A stretch of DNA of 63,819 nt, counting the filler, from Bdellovibrionota bacterium (lineage in GTDB: Bacteria; Bdellovibrionota; Bdellovibrionia; Bdellovibrionales; JAEYZS01): assembly GCA_963169515.1 (NCBI GenBank). It is 6 parts of 6 records of this genome, joined end to end, with 100 filler letters (N's around TTAATTAATTAA, not from the genome) between each part and the next. Parts side by side here need not be neighbours in the genome. Positions count along the whole stretch, not along the records: positions 40,682 to 60,858 come from CAUJEF010000082.1; 5 more parts are not named here. One strand, given 5' to 3'. How positions within the stretch are numbered: the first letter of the stretch is position 1; each line of letters opens with the position of its first letter. Below, one piece after another: positions 47,617 through 57,872 of this stretch. The notes under the pieces are model-generated. The model searched no databases. It saw only the letters and a list, made by a program, of their open reading frames with translations, and was not told the DNA's origin. Both the position numbers and the translations under genes were made by a program.

Positions 47617-48837
47617 ATGATAACAATTGAGCAGTCATCTAGAAAATCAACCCCAGCACAGCTGAAAAAAGCAGTTGGGGCATTTAGAAAACTTTTAGCC
47701 CGCAAGGATCTGGGTTTTTTTAATCTTTCAAAAGATCAAAAGTGGATCGATCAATGCCAAAATCGGGCAAACCAGATCAAAAATTTCAAAAAAATAATAG
47801 TGTTAGGAATTGGGGGGAGCGCTCTGGGTGGCGTAGTTTTAAAAAAATTTTCCCAAGATGAAGAACGGTTATTTTTTTTTGAAAATGTCGACGGAGATGC
47901 ATTTGAACATAAAGTTGACGGGCTTAATTTAGAGACCTCCCATTGGATAATTATTTCAAAAAGTGGAAAGACGATCGAAACGCTAACGCAAGCCGCGTTC
48001 CTTAGCCAAATCTATGAAAATAAAAAGCTCAATTTTTCCAGTAACTGTACTGTGATTTCAGAAATCAGAAGCAATCCTTTGTCAGACTGGGCTCGTAAAA
48101 ACAGCGTGCCGATTCTTGATATCCCAGAAAATATTGGTGGACGGTTTTCTGTCCTGTCGCCGGTCGGTTTATTACCGGCGGCCTGTTTGGGCTTAGATAT
48201 TCAAGGCCTGTTTGTGGGGGCCGCATGGGCGAAAAAGCAAGAAAAGCTTGTCGCTGAAATTGCGAATCAAGCACTCATGAGTTGGAAGAAAAAAGAATGG
48301 ATTACAGTATTTTGGATTTACTCTGAGCATTTGCAAAAGTTTGGACCATGGCTTTCGCAATTATGGGCTGAATCCCTAGGCAAGAAAAAATCCAGGAAAA
48401 ATAAAAAAGCCCCACGCGTAAGCACACCAATTGCTTTGGTTGGGACCAACGATCAACATTCAGCTTTACAGCAGGTTATGGACGGGTATCGTGATAAGTT
48501 TGTTTTCTTTGTTAAGACAAAAAAGAAAAATACTGGCCTAAAGTTAACCAAAGCTGTTTTTTCAGACACAGAGCTTATGGTTGGAAAGACTATGAACGCG
48601 CTATTTGAGGCAGAGGCGACGGCGACTCAAGAGTCATTACATAACAATAAGATTCCGACGTTGGTGCTGTGCCTTGAGGAACTGAATCTAGAAAGCGTGG
48701 GTGCACTGTTTATGCTTATGCAGCTTGTGATCGGAACTTTGGGCGAGCTTCTAGATATAAATGCATTTGATCAACCTGGTGTTGAGGTTGGAAAAAAAAG
48801 GACTCGCGAAAGGCTTATTTCGCTCGACAAGAACTGA
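47617..48837 (+). CDS. pgi: Glucose-6-phosphate isomerase
   Basis: GIGGS, SKSGKT.ET, GGRFS, QLWAESLGK, DQHS, FDQPGVE.GK. Confidence 0.92.
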   Translation: MITIEQSSRKSTPAQLKKAVGAFRKLLARKDLGFFNLSKDQKWIDQCQNRANQIKNFKKIIVLGIGGSALGGVVLKKFSQDEERLFFFENVDGDAFEHKVDGLNLETSHWIIISKSGKTIETLTQAAFLSQIYENKKLNFSSNCTVISEIRSNPLSDWARKNSVPILDIPENIGGRFSVLSPVGLLPAACLGLDIQGLFVGAAWAKKQEKLVAEIANQALMSWKKKEWITVFWIYSEHLQKFGPWLSQLWAESLGKKKSRKNKKAPRVSTPIALVGTNDQHSALQQVMDGYRDKFVFFVKTKKKNTGLKLTKAVFSDTELMVGKTMNALFEAEATATQESLHNNKIPTLVLCLEELNLESVGALFMLMQLVIGTLGELLDINAFDQPGVEVGKKRTRERLISLDKN

Positions 48838-48858
48838 TCGTTTTCTGATAATAGCTCT

Positions 48859-49779
48859 ATGTCTTCATCGAATGATAACGAAGAAAAAACCAGTGTCGTA
48901 TCCACGGATACGTTTAAAATTCGTCTGAATGAAGCGAAACAGGCGCCGCCCTGTTTTATTCTTTTGATGGGTCCCGTACAGCAAGTTGGTAAACAGTGGC
49001 CAATCGAAAAATCTGGCGTCATTTTGGGCCGCAGTGCAGAGACCTATGTTTATATCGATGATCGCAGTGTCAGCAAAAAACACGCCGAAATTACGATAGA
49101 TGGCAAAGATATTTTTATTATCGATTTGGAATCAACCAATGGAACTGAAGTCGGCGGAGTAAGATTGAAGGCGGGTGTGAAACAAAAACTTACAAATAAT
49201 GACCAGGTAAAAGTTGGAAACGTCATTTTAAAATATTTGGAGCAGGGAAACCTTGAGTCCTACACAACTCGCAAAACATTTGATAAAACGCAGGTCGACC
49301 CACTGACGCAAATCTTTAACAAAGGGGCCCTGGTCGCGCAGGGGCACGAATCTGTAAAAAAAGCGAAATTGATCGACGTCCCGCTGGGTGTGATCGTTTT
49401 TGATTTGGATAATTTTAAATCTGTAAATGATACTTACGGTCACCCGGCAGGCGATTACGTACTGAAAGAGTTGTCCGATGTTATTTTAAAAAAATTGATC
49501 CGGTCTGAAGACTTTTTCGCCCGTTTTGGGGGTGAAGAATTTTGTTTGATTTTGCTGGGCAGCCCATTGAAAAAATCTATCGAAGTGGCTGAGCGTATTC
49601 GAACTACAATCGAAGGACATTCATTCAAATGGAAGGGTACGAAGCTTCCGGTAACAATTTCCATTGGCGTAGCGAACCTTGACGCTTCGATGGAAACGTG
49701 GGAACAAGTCTTTGAAAAGGCGGATCAGGCCGCGTATCTTTCAAAGAAAAATGGAAAAAATCGGGTATCGACAATTTAA
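48859..49779 (+). CDS. FHA-GGDEF diguanylate cyclase, DgcB-like
   Basis: EKTS tail; FHA motifs GR..., SKKHA, STNGT; RSED inhibitory site; FGGEEF. Confidence 0.88.
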   Translation: MSSSNDNEEKTSVVSTDTFKIRLNEAKQAPPCFILLMGPVQQVGKQWPIEKSGVILGRSAETYVYIDDRSVSKKHAEITIDGKDIFIIDLESTNGTEVGGVRLKAGVKQKLTNNDQVKVGNVILKYLEQGNLESYTTRKTFDKTQVDPLTQIFNKGALVAQGHESVKKAKLIDVPLGVIVFDLDNFKSVNDTYGHPAGDYVLKELSDVILKKLIRSEDFFARFGGEEFCLILLGSPLKKSIEVAERIRTTIEGHSFKWKGTKLPVTISIGVANLDASMETWEQVFEKADQAAYLSKKNGKNRVSTI

Positions 49780-49814
49780 CCATTCCTAAAAATTTAGAAG
49801 CACAAATTTTTAAA

Positions 49815-50777
49815 TTGCTTTCTGATCAGAACGTAAATATCAGCCAATCCAAAAAAATTGCCGAGAGCATTTTAAGACAATCCGATTTTTATATTGAAAA
49901 TCCGATTAAACCAACGCCGTGGGATCAGGGGTGGGCGCGAATTGCACAAATCGCCTATTTTTTTCCATTAAATTATATTCGATTCGAAGCCGTGCTTCGA
50001 GAGGCACAAAGGCAGAATTTTTTTTCAGATCTTGTCCATTTTTTTGATTTTGGAAGTGGGCTTGGCGTCGCTTCTCAGCACTTAGAGCCCCTTTTTGACT
50101 TTGGAATTTGTATTGAAAATAACCCTGTGGCGGAAAAACTGCACAAGCAGATACAGAAATCAAACAAACTAAAATGGACCCAGCGAATTTACGAAATTCC
50201 AACCCCCATAAAAACGCTTGCGACGTTTTCATACGCATTGACAGAAATTGCAGATATTCCCGACTGGGCATTAAATTGCGAAGCGCTATTGATAATGGAA
50301 CCGTCGACCCAGCAAGATAGTCGAAAGCTTTTAGGGGTCCGTCAAAGTTTGATTGATCAGGGATTTTATTTATGGGCCCCGTGTACGCACCAGTTGGAGT
50401 GTCCACTGCTAAAACACAGTAACAAAGATTGGTGCCACGACCGTGTGTTCTGGGATATGCCGGATTGGTTTAAAAAAATTGAAAATGAATTGCCCATCAA
50501 AAACCGAACGCTCAGTTTTTCATATTTGCTGGCTCGGAAAAAGGTACCGCCTTCGATGGATCAAAAGGCTCGTGTCGTCGGCGATATCCAAGAGGAAAAG
50601 GGAAAATCAAAGATTATGGTTTGCCGGAACGATAGCAGAGAGTTTTTAAGCTGGCTTCACCGAGACATTAAGGAACAGCCCTTGGCGCGGGGAATGGTAA
50701 TCGATTTCCCCAAAGAATACGAAATTAAAGCCAATGAAATTCGGGTTACAACGGCAATTAAAACGAACCCAAGATAA
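49815..50777 (+). CDS. Rsm22-like SAM-dependent methyltransferase
   Basis: DFGSGLG, APCTHQLECPL...WCH, FSYL. Confidence 0.75.
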   Translation: MLSDQNVNISQSKKIAESILRQSDFYIENPIKPTPWDQGWARIAQIAYFFPLNYIRFEAVLREAQRQNFFSDLVHFFDFGSGLGVASQHLEPLFDFGICIENNPVAEKLHKQIQKSNKLKWTQRIYEIPTPIKTLATFSYALTEIADIPDWALNCEALLIMEPSTQQDSRKLLGVRQSLIDQGFYLWAPCTHQLECPLLKHSNKDWCHDRVFWDMPDWFKKIENELPIKNRTLSFSYLLARKKVPPSMDQKARVVGDIQEEKGKSKIMVCRNDSREFLSWLHRDIKEQPLARGMVIDFPKEYEIKANEIRVTTAIKTNPR

Positions 50778-50896
50778 AATAAGATAAAACAAGATGAAAC
50801 AATTTCTAAACTATCAAATCTTTTGACGATAACAGTCTCGGGTAAGGGCCTTATATTGCCGAAGAAGGGGCATTAAGTTTGTATGGTTAAATTTCC

Positions 50897-51409
50897 ATGA
50901 AGATAAGCATATTTATCCGTTATTCTACATTCGTACTGCTGACCATATTGGGTGCGAATTCTTTTGCTCTTCAAAGGGCCGAACCACTGCCTATTGATAA
51001 ACCCCTTCTCAGGGATGCTGAATTAGAGCAGCAGATTGAAGATTATTTTCGTAAGCTGTATTCGTCCCGAGAAGGATTCTATGTTGTCGAAGATCGTCGA
51101 AGCGTAAAAATATTGTGTGCTACCAATTGCGCGTGTTTTGCAAGAAAGCTCAATGAAAATATCTTACGGCACTCAGGCTACACTGTACGGCAGATCTATT
51201 TGCGTGGTTTGCCGCATTTAGGAGTGGAGGTGGTTCTTGGGGATATCCGTCGTTTTTATGACTATCACGTTGCCGTCTTAATTGAGAGCAGGGATAAAGC
51301 AATGATTGTCGATCCAATCGTTTTGTTTAATACGAAACCAATTGCAGTCACGGAATGGCGCAAACTATTCAAGAATGTCACTGTGGGCGTGTTTGGTTTT
51401 GCACGGTAA
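50897..51409 (+). CDS. Secreted protein-glutamine glutaminase/papain-like Cys-His-Asp enzyme
   Basis: Signal peptide; C..FAR, YHVA, IVDP. Confidence 0.5.
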   Translation: MKISIFIRYSTFVLLTILGANSFALQRAEPLPIDKPLLRDAELEQQIEDYFRKLYSSREGFYVVEDRRSVKILCATNCACFARKLNENILRHSGYTVRQIYLRGLPHLGVEVVLGDIRRFYDYHVAVLIESRDKAMIVDPIVLFNTKPIAVTEWRKLFKNVTVGVFGFAR

Positions 51410-51534
51410 CCAGCCCCAAACTTATGAATAATTCAAATAGCCCTAATAACTGAAACTTTAAGATCCCGAAACAATTGATAAACTTGAAATTGAACAAAAA
51501 TCTGTGGGTCTTTAAAAAAAATCAAAAAAGTATT

Positions 51535-51562
51535 AACCTTTGTCCAGGTGATTGAAGTCTAA
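51535..51562 (+). promoter_or_regulatory. ECF (sigma-E-like) promoter, probably autoregulatory
   Basis: AACCTT-N16-GTCTAA upstream of the ECF gene; same spacing at 55958-55985. Confidence 0.5.
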
Positions 51563-51635
51563 TCGCCAGGACCCCTTAGCCAAAGTAACTCGATTTGCTA
51601 GTGGCAAATCGAAGGAAGACTAAAAGGGGGGTCTT

Positions 51636-52235
51636 ATGAATTCGGATGATATTGATATTATCAAGCAGGTTTTGTCCGGTGATCGTGAGAAGTTTTCCGA
51701 GATCGTAAAAAGGCATCAAAAGAGCTTGTTGCGATTGAGCTTGCGGTTCACAAAATCGCCAGATCTCGCTGAAGACATAGTCCAAGACACATTCATCAAA
51801 GCTTTTAAAAAGCTGCACCTTTTTGAAGGTCGGTCGGCCTTTAAAAGCTGGCTATTTCAAATCGCGATGAATACTGCGAAAAACAAACTGCGCTCGCAAC
51901 GGGACCACGCGAGCCTTGATACTGTTCAAATGGCAGTCGATGGAACTATGGAAAAGGAACTGATACAGGAAAACCTGCAGGCACTTGTTAAACAACTTGT
52001 AAATGCGCTACCGAAAAAACAAAAGACGGCGCTGTCACTTCGAATTTTCGATGATCTGAGTTTCAAAGAAATAGCTGAGATCATGGAATGCCCATACGAC
52101 ACGGCCAAAGCAAATTATAGACACGCAATTATGAATATTAAGAAAGGAATTAAAAACGAGGAGCTTTTAGATCACTGGGGGGCAATGGACAGCCCTATAT
52201 CAATAGATGTAACCACGAATCTTAAGAGTTCTTAA
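51636..52235 (+). CDS. ECF RNA polymerase sigma factor
   Basis: AEDIVQDTFIKAF, FKSWLFQIAMN, LSFKEIAEIM. Confidence 0.93.
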   Translation: MNSDDIDIIKQVLSGDREKFSEIVKRHQKSLLRLSLRFTKSPDLAEDIVQDTFIKAFKKLHLFEGRSAFKSWLFQIAMNTAKNKLRSQRDHASLDTVQMAVDGTMEKELIQENLQALVKQLVNALPKKQKTALSLRIFDDLSFKEIAEIMECPYDTAKANYRHAIMNIKKGIKNEELLDHWGAMDSPISIDVTTNLKSS

Positions 52236-52287
52236 ACTTTAAAAAAAGAAAGTAACCCACAATTACTTATTTTAATTAGGAGGACCC

Positions 52288-52617
52288 ATGGAAAATTTTA
52301 AAGAAGTATTGCTCGTTGAGCTGCTGGAAAGCGAACTGTCGGCGGAACGCAGGAACCAGTTGTTGATTAACCTGGTGAAAAACAACATCACCGAAGAGGA
52401 GCTTCGGGATTATCAGACACTACGTCTTGCAATCAAGGGATCTGATGATGTGGATAAATTAATGCCTACAATCGACACGGACGCCCTACACAGCCGTATT
52501 ATGTGTAAGGTGAAAACAACGCGAACCTTTTATGATCCGGTAGATGATTTCAAAGTAGCGACACTGGATCATCTGATATCGGCCCAAAGGATAAAAAACG
52601 ATCGATATCAATCTTAA
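52288..52617 (+). CDS. Hypothetical protein, possible anti-sigma factor
   Basis: AGGAGG SD; directly after the ECF gene; N-terminal LLESELS.E.R helix. Confidence 0.55.
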   Translation: MENFKEVLLVELLESELSAERRNQLLINLVKNNITEEELRDYQTLRLAIKGSDDVDKLMPTIDTDALHSRIMCKVKTTRTFYDPVDDFKVATLDHLISAQRIKNDRYQS

Positions 52618-52979
52618 TTTTCAAACGGGGGAGTTTTCATAAAATAGAAAACTTCCCCTTTATACGTTACAGTCTGAAGATCCATAGAAACTTCCAGATC
52701 GACCGGCCAAGGGCCACAGGATAGTGTATCATTACACCCATTGCCGGTAAAACAAACATCACCTCCAAAAAAATAGAGCGAGTCCTTGTAGGTTTCAATT
52801 GTCTCGCCGCCAAGGGTTTGGCACGTAAAGTTTTCTTCTATGTGATAGAAATGCTTTGTTTGTAGGGTTTGCGACGCCTCTGTCTGAAGCTCCTCATAAG
52901 GATATTTTGCACAGTTTTGAAATGCGACTAATAATGCGCCTACGATCAATAATGGGATAAAAATTATTTTTCCAAACAT
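52614..52979 (-). CDS. Lipoprotein with VAFQNC signal
   Basis: LLVAFQNC lipobox variant; Cys-rich mature part. Confidence 0.7.
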   Translation of the reverse strand: MFGKIIFIPLLIVGALLVAFQNCAKYPYEELQTEASQTLQTKHFYHIEENFTCQTLGGETIETYKDSLYFFGGDVCFTGNGCNDTLSCGPWPVDLEVSMDLQTVTYKGEVFYFMKTPPFEN

Positions 52980-53112
52980 GAGACCATATCGGCAATTCAG
53001 GGCCGCCAGATAATAGTTGGGGTTTATGCAGTCTCAGATTAAAACGCCTCATTTAAAAGCCTTTAGTCCAGGTATCAAAATCCGAAAAGAAACGGTCAGG
53101 GAGCAAAACTTC

Positions 53113-53760
53113 ATGAACAGGATTCTCATTTTTGGAATTTTTGTATTGGCAGCAGCGGGATGTGCTCGTGAGGTTTCCAATACGTCCAAGATTCGATTGG
53201 AAGCACCTGCGAACCAAGCTGGCAGTATGGCAGCCATCCCTATTAATCAAAAACCATGTTACGGCGTAAGTGTAAAGGGTTCAAATTTAGGAGGGGGACC
53301 TGTAAATTCGTGCAGCCCGGATTTGGGTTTGATCGGTGGATATGCGAGCGCGGGCGAAACCCTTGAACTGGAAGTCGCTAAAGGTTCTGGTTATACAATA
53401 GATCTTTATCTGTATTTAAAAGATATCGGTGACAACTCAGCGTGTCCTGTTTTTACAAGAACATTTTCGGCCAATGATTTGAATCATGTTTATCATGTAG
53501 GAACGGCAGCGGGCGTGAATCTTTCTAAAGATGAAGAGGTCGTTACCATTAGCTCATTTTTTCCGGGCGTGGGGGCAACGATTGCTGGTAACTATGCATC
53601 GAACTGTTCCAATGTTTCCAGTGCAAGTAATGTTTTTAGAATTTCATCAGGATCCGGTTTGGTCTCAGGAGCTTCTTACAAGGTAAGAGGCCGGATTGGA
53701 AGTGTCCAAGGCGGACAAGTTTTATCTGGTGGGGGATATAAGATCGTAACCAACAAATAA
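53113..53760 (+). CDS. Lipoprotein upstream of the fibre gene
   Basis: [17 protein letters not shown] lipobox; AGGGAG SD. Confidence 0.7.
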   Translation: MNRILIFGIFVLAAAGCAREVSNTSKIRLEAPANQAGSMAAIPINQKPCYGVSVKGSNLGGGPVNSCSPDLGLIGGYASAGETLELEVAKGSGYTIDLYLYLKDIGDNSACPVFTRTFSANDLNHVYHVGTAAGVNLSKDEEVVTISSFFPGVGATIAGNYASNCSNVSSASNVFRISSGSGLVSGASYKVRGRIGSVQGGQVLSGGGYKIVTNK

Positions 53761-53771
53761 GGAGTTCCGGT

Positions 53772-55868
53772 ATGGCAACTACGGTACGTATTCTGTTTGG
53801 ATTTGCAGCTTCCTTAATTGCAAGCACAGTGCTTGCTTCAAATTTATCTCAAAACTTTAATTTTGATGGACAGCTTTTGGATCCTTTCGACGTTCCAATT
53901 GTGACGCCAGCAACGGTTGTATTTCAGGTCTACAACCCGGCGGCATCCTGTTTGTTGTATGAAGAATCACAAGTTGTGAATCCTGATGCGAACGGATTTT
54001 TTTCAGTAAAAGTCGGAGCAGGTAGCCGTGTATCCCCTGGCGTTGATGGTGGCCAGCCGTTCAGAGTCATTTTCCAAAACGACAGTATGATTCGTCCTTG
54101 TTATACCCCATCAAATGGTGATGGACGCTTACTGCGAGTCACCGTGAACGGAAACCTATTGTCACCAGATTATTCGATGTCCGCAGTTCCAATGGCAAAT
54201 GTCGCGGAAACCTTGCAAGGAAAAGTTCCTGCGGATTTTATGCCTGCGGCGGCAGGTCTTGGTTCTAGTGGACAAGTTTTGCAAACAGACGGTGCAAATA
54301 ATTTTACATGGGTAAACCCAGCAAGTGGTCCAACTGGTGCCACGGGCCCGACTGGCGTAATGGGAGCTACGGGTGCAACAGGATTCACTGGGGCGGCAGG
54401 AGCGACGGGAGTTACTGGAGCGACGGGCGTTACTGGAGCAACCGGCGCGACTGGATCATTCACAGGCGGAACAATGTCCTCGGCGATTGATATGAGCGGT
54501 TATGGAATCACGAACTTGGCTAATCCAATTGCAGCTCAAGATGCTGCTACAAAAGCTTACGTGGATACAACTGCGGGCAACTACTTACCACTTGCTGGTG
54601 GTACAATGGCTGGTAACCTTGCGATGGGCAATAATAAAGTTATTGGCTTAGCCGACCCTACGGCGGCTCAGGAAGCTGTCACTAAAAACTATGCTGATAC
54701 TACATTAAAAGGTTCTGCGATCGAAGCCACTGCTCCTACCGCCGGACAAATATTAAAATGGACAACTAACGGTTGCGGTGCTGGGGTTGATTGCTGGGTG
54801 GCTTCGGCTGATAGTGCGACTGATAATACTAAAGTTGCCAAAGCTGGCGACACAATGACTGGAAACCTTGTTATGTCCGGTGGCGCGTACATTGATGCAG
54901 GTTCTGAGAAAATTGTAAATATCGATGACCCAACAACAGCTCAAGACGCTGCGACTAAAAATTACGTTGATACTGCCATCAGTACGGGAACGAGTGCTTA
55001 CTTACCGCTTGCGGGCGGCGGAATGACGGGCGCATTAAACATGAATGGCAATGCGATCAGCGGTGTTTCGAATCTCACCACAACAGGTGATGTGCTTGTT
55101 GGCAATGAACAGGAATTGCGGTTGGCGGAAAATACCAGCAACGGTTCTAATTATGTATATTTACGCTCTCCGAATTCGCTGGCTGTAGACTATGGAATCA
55201 CTCTTCCGCCTAATCCGCCGACAGCGGGTAATATGTTGGTATCAGATGCTGCGGGTAACTTAAGTTGGGTTTCAGATCCAAGCCCGAGTATGGTAAGTAA
55301 ATTTGGCGATACGATGACTGGCAGCAACTTTGTAATGAACAATTCCAGTATGCAATTTTCAGGATCAGGCTATATCCAGTTTCCAGGGAATGGAACGGTC
55401 AACGCACCATCAATTTATCTAGGTTCTGGAGGCCTGTATTCGAATGCAGGTGGTGATTTGAGATTTACAGCTGACCAGGTCACTGATCACGTTGTAATCA
55501 AATCAAACGGCAATGTTGGTATTGGAACCACATCGCCGACGGCAAAGTTAGATGTAAATGGTTCAGTGAGGTTTGGAGCATCAGGGGCACCAATTCAATC
55601 CGTAATGTATTTTGATAGCGTGACTTGTTCTATGGGCGGTTCTATTCCAGCGGGATCACAGGGTAACTGCGTTGCTACAGTACCAGGTGTTGCAACAAAC
55701 TCAAAAATGGTTGCAACTTGCAATCCGTATGGGCCGCTTCCCGCGGGCGTGGTGTTTTCATGTCATGTAAGCGCAGCCAATCAGGTGCAAATTACAGCGT
55801 ATAATGCGACGGGGGCGTCCCAGTCAGCCCCAGGCGGCTGGAACATCATGGTGACTCAATTTCAGTAA
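53772..55868 (+). CDS. Phage-fibre-like mosaic adhesin with collagen-like segment
   Basis: Signal peptide; CLLYEE N-terminal domain; DAATKxYVD and YLPLAGG.M.G repeats; [15 protein letters not shown]; Gly-X-Y run. Confidence 0.75.
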   Translation: MATTVRILFGFAASLIASTVLASNLSQNFNFDGQLLDPFDVPIVTPATVVFQVYNPAASCLLYEESQVVNPDANGFFSVKVGAGSRVSPGVDGGQPFRVIFQNDSMIRPCYTPSNGDGRLLRVTVNGNLLSPDYSMSAVPMANVAETLQGKVPADFMPAAAGLGSSGQVLQTDGANNFTWVNPASGPTGATGPTGVMGATGATGFTGAAGATGVTGATGVTGATGATGSFTGGTMSSAIDMSGYGITNLANPIAAQDAATKAYVDTTAGNYLPLAGGTMAGNLAMGNNKVIGLADPTAAQEAVTKNYADTTLKGSAIEATAPTAGQILKWTTNGCGAGVDCWVASADSATDNTKVAKAGDTMTGNLVMSGGAYIDAGSEKIVNIDDPTTAQDAATKNYVDTAISTGTSAYLPLAGGGMTGALNMNGNAISGVSNLTTTGDVLVGNEQELRLAENTSNGSNYVYLRSPNSLAVDYGITLPPNPPTAGNMLVSDAAGNLSWVSDPSPSMVSKFGDTMTGSNFVMNNSSMQFSGSGYIQFPGNGTVNAPSIYLGSGGLYSNAGGDLRFTADQVTDHVVIKSNGNVGIGTTSPTAKLDVNGSVRFGASGAPIQSVMYFDSVTCSMGGSIPAGSQGNCVATVPGVATNSKMVATCNPYGPLPAGVVFSCHVSAANQVQITAYNATGASQSAPGGWNIMVTQFQ
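54327..54455 (+). repeat. Collagen-like (Gly-X-Y)14 repeat, Y mostly Thr
   Basis: [43 protein letters not shown]. Confidence 0.9.
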
Positions 55869-55957
55869 GCGCCGGACTTTACCTGGACCATGGTCTATAT
55901 TTAAAAGATCTTGGTCCAGTTTATTTTTATATTTACCGACTTATATACAGGTACGAG

Positions 55958-55985
55958 AACCTTTTCGGCCAGGTTCTGAATCTAA
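55958..55985 (+). promoter_or_regulatory. ECF-type promoter
   Basis: AACCTT-N16-ATCTAA before the 74-aa ORF. Confidence 0.45.
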
Positions 55986-56003
55986 CAACATAAGGAGGGC
56001 TGC

Positions 56004-56228
56004 ATGAGAAAGTATTTAATCATTCTAAGTCTGGTGTTTAATTCGCAAACAGCATTGTCAGTCGATGTAAAAGAAGATGTGCGCAAACCGCAAACCGTAA
56101 AAGATGAAGACAAAAAGAAAGATGAAAATTACGAAGATAAAGAAGCTACTGAAAAATATAAAGCTGAAAAAGAAAAGAAATACAATCAACGGATGCATCA
56201 CTGGATGGACAAAGAATTGTCTAAATAG
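56004..56228 (+). CDS. Small secreted highly charged protein
   Basis: TAAGGAGG SD; signal peptide; K/E/D-rich. Confidence 0.65.
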   Translation: MRKYLIILSLVFNSQTALSVDVKEDVRKPQTVKDEDKKKDENYEDKEATEKYKAEKEKKYNQRMHHWMDKELSK

Positions 56229-57246
56229 AAATTTTGGCAAGCTCATTTTTTGGTTTTGAAGAATGAGAAAGCTCCTTACAGTATTCTAAGAACTTCTTCA
56301 TGTCAGCACCCAAGCGTTGATATGCGTTTTCAAATAGGCCCAGATCTTCAGAATACACTTTGTAACCCATAAGAACGGCATTGTTCAGTTTTGAATCTGA
56401 AAATTTTGCGTAGTCCTTGGTTTTCATTTTTGGCAAAATATTTTTTTTAAATCGATCTGTAATTTCTTTTAAGCGATGCTCTTTGAGCGTCGTATCGTGC
56501 CTATTGTTTGCATACCAAGTTTTTAAGCTGCCGATTTCTTCTGTAATGAATATAGAAAAATTCTTTTCGTCTTGGTTTGAGTCTTGAATGAGCTTTAGCG
56601 TCGGCGAGTCCTTGCCCTCTTTAAACGTGTAGAATCGCTCTGTCCCCTTTGCCGCCACAAAAGATGCCAGCTGCTCGTTAAAATCAGCAGAACTTTTCAG
56701 ATAAACCGTTGCGTGGGTTGATTCATGAATGATCAAATTGACCAGGTCCCAATCCTTATAATCCATCATACTGGACAGGATCGGATCCTTAAGCCAGCCG
56801 AGCGTGCTGTATGCACGAACGCCGCGAACCATTGTATCGAAGTTTTTTACTTTTAAATTACGGGCTTCTGCCTCGGCGTCGTCTTTGTTGAAAAATCCTT
56901 TATAGGGAAGTTCTCCCACGATGGGAAAGCTCCATAGATAGTGATCGAGCTCATAAGGCGGTGATGCTTGAACGATATAGGTAACGTATGGACGATTCAG
57001 TTGAACGTATGTTTTATAGTTTTCCGTTGTGGTTAGCCCCAATTGAGTTTGGGAAAATTGTCGGACTTCATCGATCAATCGAATTTTTCTTTTGTGATCG
57101 CTTGGAATTTCGGGGTCGTTGAGGATGTTTGCTATTGGAACCCGATCACGTATCAATTGCGCCTGGTCATAACCGCTGCGAATCAGATAGCCCATCTGGC
57201 AGCCTGTTAGCAAAACTGTAAAAATGAAATATTTTAAAACATCCAT
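56221..57246 (-). CDS. Putative zinc aminopeptidase lipoprotein (DUF2265-like)
   Basis: LTGC lipobox; W.FPIVG..PYKGFF, AYSTLGW..DP, HESTH, FNE.LA. Confidence 0.85.
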   Translation of the reverse strand: MDVLKYFIFTVLLTGCQMGYLIRSGYDQAQLIRDRVPIANILNDPEIPSDHKRKIRLIDEVRQFSQTQLGLTTTENYKTYVQLNRPYVTYIVQASPPYELDHYLWSFPIVGELPYKGFFNKDDAEAEARNLKVKNFDTMVRGVRAYSTLGWLKDPILSSMMDYKDWDLVNLIIHESTHATVYLKSSADFNEQLASFVAAKGTERFYTFKEGKDSPTLKLIQDSNQDEKNFSIFITEEIGSLKTWYANNRHDTTLKEHRLKEITDRFKKNILPKMKTKDYAKFSDSKLNNAVLMGYKVYSEDLGLFENAYQRLGADMKKFLEYCKELSHSSKPKNELAKISI

Positions 57247-57803
57247 GAAATGCCAGCGCGGGCTGCAATGTCAAAAGCTATGGGGTCATCGTCACCCGTA
57301 TCTAACGGAGACGTTATCACCTCGCAGCCGGTTCGAATAACAAAACTTCCCATAAGAATGCGTAACCCAACTCCTGCAGATGGAGACCAGCCACGAATGC
57401 GTCCAAGGTTAATTGGATCTTGGTTTACTTGTTTATACTGTGAGCGTTTTTCTTGGTAGGCAGCTCCTAATTTTACGTAGGGTTTGAAAGGTGCGTCTTT
57501 GCCTGCAACCAAGGTGTACATGAAATCAAGTCCATACACTTGAATGAATGTGCGTGTTTTATACTGCGGTCGATTTTCGTCGTTGGTCCCGTCAGTGTAG
57601 CTTAGCTCTAAAGCGGACTGCTCTGCAAAATAGTACGAAAGCGACCCCGTAACTGTCGAGTAGATGTTGTAGCTTTTTTTATTGGTCGTCTGATCGTAGC
57701 CGTAGTAGCTTTGTCGATAGTTTCCGGAAATTCCGAGCTCTACGACGCCGGCTATGACATTCGAACACAGGAATAATATGGATATAAAAAGAATGGCGCG
57801 CAT
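57234..57803 (-). CDS. Outer membrane beta-barrel protein
   Basis: Signal peptide; PYVKLG; C-terminal ARAGISWMF. Confidence 0.8.
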   Translation of the reverse strand: MRAILFISILFLCSNVIAGVVELGISGNYRQSYYGYDQTTNKKSYNIYSTVTGSLSYYFAEQSALELSYTDGTNDENRPQYKTRTFIQVYGLDFMYTLVAGKDAPFKPYVKLGAAYQEKRSQYKQVNQDPINLGRIRGWSPSAGVGLRILMGSFVIRTGCEVITSPLDTGDDDPIAFDIAARAGISWMF

Positions 57804-57872
57804 CTTGTTTATTTTATCAAAAAAATGTAAGCGAATAGCGTCCAGTTTATAGAATCGGACCCGGCAAAAATT

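Noticed and set aside
50771..50800. Three tandem 10-mers AAGATRAAAY
   Set aside because: Short AT-rich repeat at a gene end, no spacers and no evident function.
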